Positions 16,930-23,487 of a stretch of DNA of 23,487 bases are shown here, piece by piece. The stretch's first letter is position 1, and each line of letters opens with the position of its first letter. A program made the translations under genes and the position numbers. The notes under the pieces are model-generated. The model was given only the letters and a program-made list of their open reading frames with translations. It searched no databases and was not told the origin of the DNA. The stretch is from an archaeon (GTDB taxonomy: Archaea > Undinarchaeota > CAZHTU01 > JBDRCC01), in NCBI GenBank assembly GCA_043822065.1, contig JBDRCC010000004.1, positions 1 to 23,487 of the forward strand. The letters run 5' to 3'.

Positions 16930-17068
16930 TATTTATCACTCCTATACCCTACACGTGTAAGTGTGGTGTGAAAATATATTGTTAAAGGGGGTATATAAGC
17001 TTAAAAAGATTTGTCCGGAAAAAATGCGGAGATACACCTTACCGTAGGATATTAAAAAAATAAGAAAG

Positions 17069-17088
17069 GGAGCTGCTTACACAGCCCC
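17069..17088 (-). terminator. Hairpin plus T tract after the 105-aa membrane gene
   Basis: The minus strand reads GGGGCTG-TGTAAG-CAGCTCC, then CTTTCTTATTTTTTT. Confidence 0.7.
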
Positions 17089-17091
17089 TAT

Positions 17092-17409
17092 CTATACAAA
17101 GGCTACGACTTTGCCGACGCGCCAGAGTACCCAGCTTGTAAAGACAAGCCCGGAACCGATAGCGACATCACTAGCGGTAACCAGTGCGGAGAATCCGCCC
17201 GGAAGGGTTATGCCAGTGGTCAGCAACAGGTATGCAGCAGATGCAGAGATCAGGAAGACCATTACGGCCTGCCCGGTCGGTATGCCCGCGAACTTGGCCA
17301 GCACGATGAATACCACCGCGAAGACAAGTATGTATAGCGGGACGTTGAATGCAACAAAGTTTGTTGCAACCGCGTCAACTGCATTTATTATCGCTGTGTA
17401 AAGCGCCAT
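17092..17409 (-). CDS. Very hydrophobic 105-aa membrane protein of unknown function
   Basis: SD GGGGTGA, its own BRE/TATA, a 3' hairpin, and about three hydrophobic helices. Confidence 0.85.
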   Translation of the reverse strand: MALYTAIINAVDAVATNFVAFNVPLYILVFAVVFIVLAKFAGIPTGQAVMVFLISASAAYLLLTTGITLPGGFSALVTASDVAIGSGLVFTSWVLWRVGKVVAFV

Positions 17410-17424
17410 TTGTTTTTCACCCCT

Positions 17425-17496
17425 TGGTGTTTAATACCACTATTAGGTGGTAACACACACCAGTTATAGGGTATTTTGATGTTTATAAATCTTTCG
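17425..17496 (-). promoter_or_regulatory. Consensus BRE/TATA promoter and 5' leader stem-loop of the 105-aa gene
   Basis: CGAAAG (17496-17491) and TTTATAAA (17489-17482). The leader TGGTGT-GTGT-TACCAC-CTAATA-GTGGTA-TTAA-ACACCA spans 17462-17425. Confidence 0.7.
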
Positions 17497-17517
17497 CTAA
17501 TCGGTTTATAAGTAGGA

Positions 17518-17856
17518 TTATCCGCCGCCGTGTATCATCGGCTTGACGACGGTCAGGGCGATTACGATGAAGGTCACTGTCCTGTTCTGGCAGAACATCT
17601 GAACCCCTGCCATCAGGATGAGCATGCCCAAAATCTGGACGGGGAGCTTCTTCGCGCCCATGTAGACCGAGAGCCCTACAACTGTGACTATGATGATTAC
17701 CATGCTGGTGTTGAAGACGCAGATTCCCTGGAGCCTGGCGCCGACATGGAGCGAACCGAGGAATCCCCCGCCTGCCGTGTACGGCGAGGGCGGGTTGAAT
17801 GCCAGCAGTGGCACTGCAAGCAAAAGGAACATCAGAGGTATTATCAGCTTTCGCAT
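17518..17856 (-). CDS. 112-aa membrane protein with a probable signal peptide and 2-3 TM helices
   Basis: MRKLIIPLMFLLLAVPLLA signal-like N-terminus. TTTAAATA lies about 25 nt upstream. Confidence 0.75.
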   Translation of the reverse strand: MRKLIIPLMFLLLAVPLLAFNPPSPYTAGGGFLGSLHVGARLQGICVFNTSMVIIIVTVVGLSVYMGAKKLPVQILGMLILMAGVQMFCQNRTVTFIVIALTVVKPMIHGGG

Positions 17857-17893
17857 GTTAAACTTTCTATGTCTTTTGGATATTTAAACCTTG

Positions 17894-18007
17894 TCAGTGC
17901 TTGAAGCAGGGGTGGGTTGCGTAGCAAGCCCTGCAAAGCTGCGCCCCGCAGACCATGCAGGTGACTACCGCGGCTTCCTTGCTGCACGATTGGCAAATCA
18001 TCTTCAT
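17894..18007 (-). CDS. 37-aa B-box-like zinc-finger microprotein (absent from the ORF track)
   Basis: Translates to MKMICQSCSKEAAVVTCMVCGAQLCRACYATHPCFKH*. Its ATG overlaps the TGA of the upstream pilin-like gene (ATGA). Confidence 0.8.
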   Translation of the reverse strand: MKMICQSCSKEAAVVTCMVCGAQLCRACYATHPCFKH

Positions 18008-18399
18008 GGGTAGATGTATATCTGCGGCTGTGTTACGGAAAACCCATCTGATATTTTAGTCTTTCCATTATCCAGCTCGAGCGAGAATGAAACGCTTGAG
18101 GGGCTTATGGAGTAGTTCATGGCGAACTGGCAGTTCCTTTCAGCCATCCTCTGCCCGAAGTAGGCTTCCAGCTCGCCGAGGTTTGATTCCAGCCGCTGGT
18201 AAAAGTCAGATTGGCTCGAGCTCTGGGAGTAGGATATTTCAACCGCCCGGAGGCACTCCTGCTCTATGTTGCTGAGGACCATGCCAACGTCGTCCGCTTC
18301 GCCGGAGTACTCGTGCAGGTAGAGCTGGGAGAAGAAAACTGCCAGCAGGAACATTGCGGCGAATATCGTGCTTACCAGGTAGAACTGCGCCCTTACCAT
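18004..18399 (-). CDS. Type IV pilin-like protein (class III signal peptide)
   Basis: MVRA|QFYLVSTIFAAMFLLAVFF N-terminus and position in the pilus operon. Confidence 0.75.
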   Translation of the reverse strand: MVRAQFYLVSTIFAAMFLLAVFFSQLYLHEYSGEADDVGMVLSNIEQECLRAVEISYSQSSSQSDFYQRLESNLGELEAYFGQRMAERNCQFAMNYSISPSSVSFSLELDNGKTKISDGFSVTQPQIYIYP

Positions 18400-18746
18400 A
18401 TTGCCACCCTAACCTCGGTAGGCTCGAAGGTGTCAGCCAGCCCGACGACAAAGTAGGAAACGGTTGCGGAAGAGCCAACTACTGCAGGCCCGTAAGCGTC
18501 CACGCTGAGGGAATTCCGTATCTCCACCCGGAAGTGCCTGCTGATGCAGGGGTCCAGCTCGGCGTAAAGCCCCTCTGCGGAAGGCTCCGGGAAGACGTGC
18601 GCCCTCAGCCTGCCGCTCATGTCAAGGGACTGGAGCGCATCGTATGCGTCGGTGGTATCTATGCTTGAGTACGCTGGCACCACGAATATTGAAAGGAATG
18701 CTATGAGGAAGATGCCAGCGATTGCCGCCTCTATCGTCTGTATCAT
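18393..18746 (-). CDS. Minor pilin-like protein (likely start ATG 18746; GTG 18752 is the alternative)
   Basis: MIQTIEAAIAGIFLIAFL hydrophobic N-terminus with a Glu. TGATG overlap with the upstream stop and GGAGGTG upstream. Ends in VRVAIW. Confidence 0.7.
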   Translation of the reverse strand: MIQTIEAAIAGIFLIAFLSIFVVPAYSSIDTTDAYDALQSLDMSGRLRAHVFPEPSAEGLYAELDPCISRHFRVEIRNSLSVDAYGPAVVGSSATVSYFVVGLADTFEPTEVRVAIW

Positions 18747-19879
18747 CACCACACCTCCACGATTACGCTTGACGTCTCGTTCCCAGCTACCGCGAGCCGC
18801 CCTGCTGAGTAGACGTTCCCGCTGGGGAAGCCTGCAGTCCGCGTGTCGGCGCCGCTGAAGTATGACACAACCCTAAAATTCCTTCCTTCGAGTGAGAGTT
18901 CGCGCGCCAGGTCCCCTTCAGATATGGAGGTAATGTTGTTTAGGTACCCCATGTCAAGCGTGCCGGTCTTGCCCAACAGAACGATTTCGTCAAACCCTAC
19001 TTCCTCAAGGTTATAGGCGACGCCACAGAGGGAGACGTTCTGGCCCATCCGATACCTTCCTGCGCGGATGAACTCTGCTGAGTCTGATATCCAGACGCCC
19101 CGCAGGTTCTCCGAGAGCGGCTCAACTATGAATTTGTAGGTGCAGTCTGCGGGGGAATACGCCCCTGTGTAGAGGGTTGAGTACTCTGACAGCTCTTCCG
19201 GCAGGGTGAATCCAGACACTTCCAGCTGGCATTCCCCGCTCCCGCCTTGGCCGCCTCCGCCGCCTGGCTCGTTGCAGAAGTTTGTGTTGCCGCTGACGTC
19301 GTTGCCTTCTGCCTCTGCGACAGTAGTGTCGCAGTCTGCCTTTAGGTTGCCGTCGATGGTGTTTCCGGTGACATAGAGTGTGCCGCCCCTAAACTCAACG
19401 TTCCCGTCGACATAGTTGTCCCGTATGTAGTGTGTTTGCGAGCTGTCCGACCATACCTTCACGTTCCCGTCGACGGAGCTCTCATTTACCTGCAGGGAGC
19501 CGCCACGCACCTCGACATTGCCGTCAATCGTGCTCGACAGAATGGTGAGCAGCCCGCCGTTCACTTTGACGTTGCCATCTACCTCGCAGTCCTGGATGAG
19601 GACGTTCTTGTCTGAAAGCATGATATTGTGGTTTATGGTTTCCCCGATGTAGACGACGTCATACTCGATCTCCGGCTGGCAAGACTCCGCAGGGTAGTCC
19701 AAGGCGAGCTGGATTGATACCCGGTCAACCTCTGCATTTGCTAAGAGTATGCCTGCTGCGGCTTCTGCCTGCGGGCTGATGTCCGCCCGTTCGAAGAACG
19801 CAATCGGGTAGAAAAAGGCATACATCAGGACTGCGACAAAGAGCGCAAACGAGAGGACGAAGTCTATTGCTGTTTTCAT
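18746..19879 (-). CDS. Pilin-like protein carrying a beta-helix repeat domain (candidate adhesin)
   Basis: MKTAIDFVLSFALF N-terminal helix, five DGN(V/L) repeats plus one SGN at 18-21-aa spacing, and a VIVEVW end. Confidence 0.75.
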   Translation of the reverse strand: MKTAIDFVLSFALFVAVLMYAFFYPIAFFERADISPQAEAAAGILLANAEVDRVSIQLALDYPAESCQPEIEYDVVYIGETINHNIMLSDKNVLIQDCEVDGNVKVNGGLLTILSSTIDGNVEVRGGSLQVNESSVDGNVKVWSDSSQTHYIRDNYVDGNVEFRGGTLYVTGNTIDGNLKADCDTTVAEAEGNDVSGNTNFCNEPGGGGGQGGSGECQLEVSGFTLPEELSEYSTLYTGAYSPADCTYKFIVEPLSENLRGVWISDSAEFIRAGRYRMGQNVSLCGVAYNLEEVGFDEIVLLGKTGTLDMGYLNNITSISEGDLARELSLEGRNFRVVSYFSGADTRTAGFPSGNVYSAGRLAVAGNETSSVIVEVW

Positions 19880-19880
19880 T

Positions 19881-20702
19881 TTAGCCGAACGTGAACCATG
19901 CGAAGGCGGCGGCGGCCATCGACATCAGGATGAAGGAGTGCATCAGCCCTGCTTTGTAGTTGGATTCGCTCAGCCTGCCGGTTATGAGCCCGGTGAAGAA
20001 GGCCTGTATCAGGGCGATGTGAAGGAAAAGGTTGGGGGGTATCTGCGCCGGCGATAGGAACTCGCTTGTAACTACAAGCGGCATGAGGAACTTCTGCAGG
20101 GTTCCGAGGACGACGAGGAATATTATGAAGATGATGTAGTTTGTCACGAGGTAGCCCCGGAACCTGGACTGGACCTCCTTCTCAAGCTCGCCAATCGTCC
20201 TTGCCATCCTCGCGATGCTTAGGAAAATCTCCGAGATGTCCCCGCCGGCTTCGTTTGCCTCGCGGACTATCTGGACTATCTGAGAAATCGCCTTGTCGTT
20301 GATCCTCTTCGAAAAGCTCTCGAGCGCCTGGGTGACTGTCTTCCCGAGCATGAGCTGGTTGTTTATCCGCCGGATTTCGTCGTTGAGGTAGCCATAGTCC
20401 TCGCTTGCGGACGCCTTGATTGCGGCGATCAGGGGCATGCCGGCGCGGCGGGCCTCGGCAATGTCCCTTAGCAGGAGCGGGAACTCCTCAGAGATTTTTT
20501 TCTTGCGGAGGTGCACGAAGTAGAGCATCACCGAAACCGGCGCTATAAGGATTAAGCCGGCGAGGACGAGCAAGTAGGTGAAGACCTTTCCTGGATAGAA
20601 GCCGACAACGGCTATGGCTGAGATGACAGCCGCAAGGGCGACGCTGGAAAGGACTACGTGCAGGTTCCTTCCGGCAAGCCATTCCGCCCTCGGCTTTTTC
20701 AT
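19881..20702 (-). CDS. TadB/TadC-like (T2SS F family) pilus platform protein
   Basis: EEFPLLLRDIAEARRAGMPL, DYGYLNDEI, EAGGDISEI, IQAFFTGLITGRLSE and GLMHS. Confidence 0.9.
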   Translation of the reverse strand: MKKPRAEWLAGRNLHVVLSSVALAAVISAIAVVGFYPGKVFTYLLVLAGLILIAPVSVMLYFVHLRKKKISEEFPLLLRDIAEARRAGMPLIAAIKASASEDYGYLNDEIRRINNQLMLGKTVTQALESFSKRINDKAISQIVQIVREANEAGGDISEIFLSIARMARTIGELEKEVQSRFRGYLVTNYIIFIIFLVVLGTLQKFLMPLVVTSEFLSPAQIPPNLFLHIALIQAFFTGLITGRLSESNYKAGLMHSFILMSMAAAAFAWFTFG

Positions 20703-21556
20703 TTTATCTCCTGGAGGATGATGAGGAATATCAGATTCAGTACCGGGAGCACAAAGTAGACGAGGAACTTCATTACCATGTCAATCTGCATGCCTGCCAG
20801 CTGGGACCAGACCATGCTCATTGTCGACAGCCCGACGAACACCAGGAGCGGGCCGCCGATTAGGACGACGGAGTATGTCTCAGCTATTATGTTCAGCTTG
20901 TCCGAGATTACCCTCTGCTCAATCTTAAAGTCGGTTACTGCGCTTTCTGACGACTCGTAGAAAAACGCCTTGAGGTTGCCGCCGGAGCGGATGACTGCGT
21001 TGAGGCTGAGCAGGAGCTCCGCAAACCGCTTTGAGGGGGTGGAGCGGGCGACGCGCTTCATGGCAGTGGTAAGGTCCACGCCGAAGGAGTCTATGTAGTG
21101 CTGGACTTTCCTCGACTCGACAGTCAGCTCGCCGTAGTCAGTTTTCGCAAGGAGCCTGAAAATCGATGCCGGCGCGACGCCTGATGAGGCTATGGTCGCG
21201 GCGTGCATCATCGCAAAAGGCAGGTTCCGGTCAATGTCATTCGCCCGCCTCTTGGCGCGTGAATACGGGTATATTAGGAACACAAGGTAGGACAGCACGC
21301 CGATAAAAACCCCGCATATTGCGGAGAACAGCACCGCGAAGAACCCGACCGTCGCGTAAAGCAGTGGGAAGCTGAGGATTAGCGAGACCATCCCGATAAG
21401 GAATGACGTCAGCAGGGCGAGGGAGAGGTAGATCTCGAGCAGCATCTGGATGTTCGCCTGCCGGATGTCCCGCTTTAGGTTTGCGTACTGAGTAGCGTGC
21501 CTCTTCGCAGTCTTTCCAAAAATCCTGCGCGAGAGCGCCACATACTGAGGTATCAT
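20699..21556 (-). CDS. TadC-like (T2SS F family) pilus platform protein
   Basis: IDRNLPFA, IASSGV, DYGELTVE, FGVDLTTAM, TPSKRFAELL, SGGNL and AETY. Confidence 0.9.
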   Translation of the reverse strand: MIPQYVALSRRIFGKTAKRHATQYANLKRDIRQANIQMLLEIYLSLALLTSFLIGMVSLILSFPLLYATVGFFAVLFSAICGVFIGVLSYLVFLIYPYSRAKRRANDIDRNLPFAMMHAATIASSGVAPASIFRLLAKTDYGELTVESRKVQHYIDSFGVDLTTAMKRVARSTPSKRFAELLLSLNAVIRSGGNLKAFFYESSESAVTDFKIEQRVISDKLNIIAETYSVVLIGGPLLVFVGLSTMSMVWSQLAGMQIDMVMKFLVYFVLPVLNLIFLIILQEIK

Positions 21557-23028
21557 TTGGCCTGGGTGTGGACTTCCTCCATTGATAGGTGCCTGTCGAG
21601 CGTGCCCTTTCTGTACTTGTCAAGCAGCTTTGCAAACTCAACGAACTCCAAGTCCCCGCGGGAGAACATCTTCTCGAGCGCCTCCTTCTTCCGTTTCAGC
21701 TCCTTCTTTATTTCGCTGTCAGTGACGCCCTTCTTGGAGGCGAGCTTCCGTATAAGGCGGGACTCCCTGCCTGAGTCGAATGTGTCGCTCACCGGCGACC
21801 AGCGGTAGACGTCCTGGAATATCGGCTTCCCGCTCTTCTGGTCGATTGCCTCAACCTCGTCAATCTCCTTTACCCGCCGCGCCCACTTGTTTTTTATCCT
21901 GCTCTGCTCAACGATTATCGCGATGTCAAGGACGCTCACAAGGTCTGCGCTGAGGTTTATCGGCGACGTCGTGAGCCTTTGGATTGCTGAGTCAAGCGAG
22001 TCCGCGTGCATCGTGCCCATCGAGGCGTGCCCTGACGCCATCCCCTGGAACAGGACGCTTGCCTCCTCGCCCCTGACCTCGCCGACGATGACGTAGTCCG
22101 GGCGCTCCCTGAAGCTCTCCTTCAGGAGGTCAAACATGCTGACCTCGCCGTACTTCCTGCCGCTCTCGTCCGGCGGGCCGAAGCCAGTCCGCGAGGTCGC
22201 AGGCACCCAGTTGGTGTGCGGGAGGTTGAGCTCACGGGTGTCCTCTATGCTGACAATCTTCATTTCCTTGGGGATGAAAAGCGAAAGCGTGTTCAGGAGC
22301 GTCGTCTTGCCCGTCGCGGTCCCGCCGCAGATCAGGATTGACGACCGGTTCTCAATCGCCTCCCAGAGGTAGGCGAGCATCTCGGTGTCCAGCATGCCTG
22401 ACGAGACCAGGTGAGACGGAGTGAGCGGCTTCTTCCGGAATTTCCTAATGGTGAATGTCGAGCCGCGGGTGGTTACCTCGTTACCGTAGCTCGCCTGCAC
22501 CCTTGAGCCGTCCGGAAGGCGCCCGTCCATGAGCGGCTCTGCGACTGAGATGTACCGGTTGCAGCGCTGGGACACCATGACGACAAACGAGTTCAGCGCG
22601 TCCTCGTCGTCAAAGTGGAGGTTTGTCTTGAGGGTCCCAAAGTCCCTGTGGTTGATGAATATCGGAATCTTCAGCCCGTCGCATGATATGTCCTCTATGA
22701 ACGGGTCCTGCATGAGCGGCTCGATTATCCCGAGCCCCGTGAAGTCGCGGAACAGGTAGTAGAGGTACATGTCCATCCGCTCCTTCGGGATGGCAAGGCC
22801 GAGCTCGCCGACGATGCGCATGATTTCGGAGTTTAGCTGCTGCCTTGCGGAATTCGCATCCTTGATTGCCAGCAGGTTTATCTCGGTCAGCTCGACTACC
22901 GCCTCCTTTATCTGGTCGATGGTTTTTTTGTCCCAGTCAGTCAGCTTCGGCTCCTCCACGAGGTAGTGGCTGCGCTCAGGGTAAATCTTTGCCTGCGCAA
23001 ACTTCGGGACGAGCGGATAGCTATGCAT
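21553..23028 (-). CDS. Archaeal type IV pilus assembly ATPase (VirB11/CpaF/ArlI family)
   Basis: DPFIEDISCDG, LPDGSRV, FTIRKF, Walker A GGTATGKTT, Asp box SIEDTREL, Walker B RPDYVIVGEVRG and His box SGHASMGTMHA. Confidence 0.95.
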   Translation of the reverse strand: MHSYPLVPKFAQAKIYPERSHYLVEEPKLTDWDKKTIDQIKEAVVELTEINLLAIKDANSARQQLNSEIMRIVGELGLAIPKERMDMYLYYLFRDFTGLGIIEPLMQDPFIEDISCDGLKIPIFINHRDFGTLKTNLHFDDEDALNSFVVMVSQRCNRYISVAEPLMDGRLPDGSRVQASYGNEVTTRGSTFTIRKFRKKPLTPSHLVSSGMLDTEMLAYLWEAIENRSSILICGGTATGKTTLLNTLSLFIPKEMKIVSIEDTRELNLPHTNWVPATSRTGFGPPDESGRKYGEVSMFDLLKESFRERPDYVIVGEVRGEEASVLFQGMASGHASMGTMHADSLDSAIQRLTTSPINLSADLVSVLDIAIIVEQSRIKNKWARRVKEIDEVEAIDQKSGKPIFQDVYRWSPVSDTFDSGRESRLIRKLASKKGVTDSEIKKELKRKKEALEKMFSRGDLEFVEFAKLLDKYRKGTLDRHLSMEEVHTQAK

Positions 23029-23374
23029 TTTCTATTACTACGGTGTTTTTCCCCTCCCTGAGGTTAAAATTTCCCATGTTTATATTGGTTTCTCTCTCGA
23101 GTGTGCTGTCGCCTGAAACGCACTGGACAACATTCCAGCGGACGAGTATTGTGTAGCCGCCCTGCGGAAGGTCAATTGAGTATTCAGTCCGGTCAAATTT
23201 TGAGTAAGCGGAGTACGCCTCTGTGAGCTCGGACACCACCTTTGGGAGGACAATGTCGCACGGCTCCTTTGAGACCTTGCGCTCAAGCCCTGCGAAAAGC
23301 GTGAACGCGAACATCATTATCACGACCCCGAACAGGACGATGAACACGTGGTCGAGGATTGCCCTAGAATTCAA
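23021..23374 (-). CDS. Pilin-like protein (TTG start)
   Basis: SD GGGGTGGTGA upstream. MNSRA|ILDHVFIVLFGVVIMMFAF class III-like N-terminus and an IDLP...YTI motif. Overlaps the ATPase start. Confidence 0.7.
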   Translation of the reverse strand: MNSRAILDHVFIVLFGVVIMMFAFTLFAGLERKVSKEPCDIVLPKVVSELTEAYSAYSKFDRTEYSIDLPQGGYTILVRWNVVQCVSGDSTLERETNINMGNFNLREGKNTVVIENA

Positions 23375-23487
23375 CTTTCACCACCCCGCCAACATTGCTT
23401 ACCCCCACGCTAACCTTTCCGCTCCTCTGCCCCGAGCCGGAAATGTCGAAATTGTAGAACAAAAAAACCTCCGTCGCTATTCCATCC

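Noticed and set aside
16950-16959. Palindrome TACACGTGTA in the leader of the 14-aa-repeat gene as an operator or RNA switch
   Set aside because: It is a single 10-bp palindrome with only weak flanking pairing and no second copy seen, so chance cannot be excluded.
19881-23028. Archaellum motor (arlI/arlJ)
   Set aside because: The platform is split into two TadB/C-like genes, and no arlH, arlF, arlG or archaellin is present.
489-23286. Many overlapping antisense and alternate-frame ORFs in the track (e.g. 641-985, 1815-2267, 7541-8041, 9938-10441, 10261-10812, 13708-14193, 14546-15055)
   Set aside because: They lie within well-supported genes, lack motifs and start signals, and are expected shadows of GC-biased codon usage.
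1-23487. CRISPR array, transposase, integrase or recognisable defence genes
   Set aside because: No regularly spaced repeats or catalytic motifs of these families were recognised by eye. Remote homologues among the orphans cannot be excluded.

Overview
Gene-dense archaeal chromosomal segment. Evidence for archaeal origin: TATA/BRE promoters, many apparently leaderless genes, an intron-containing tRNA-Arg(CCU), a DUF63 protein and Dph6. The compact layout and gene mix suggest a DPANN-type archaeon, which is an inference. The left half is mostly housekeeping: the 3' end of a P-type ATPase, DUF63, a stand-alone Mre11, tRNA-Arg, a purine/MTA salvage operon (PRTase-MtnP-MtaD), Dph6, TRAM and SSB OB-fold proteins, and a CPA2/KTN antiporter. 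The right half is accessory: a 640-aa coiled-coil orphan, a TPR protein with a duplicated N-terminal domain, and a minus-strand cell-surface locus. That locus is a type IV pilus operon (pilin-like gene, VirB11/CpaF-family ATPase, two TadB/C platform proteins, three pilin-like genes, one with a beta-helix insert). The operon ends in a 37-aa B-box-like Zn-finger ORF missing from the ORF track. Three separately promoted envelope genes follow: one has a 5' leader hairpin and one has an exact 14-residue repeat. A 97-aa protein ending in a ribosomal P-stalk-like tail is also notable. No CRISPR array, integrase or transposase was seen. All family calls come from motif recognition by eye, not database searches.
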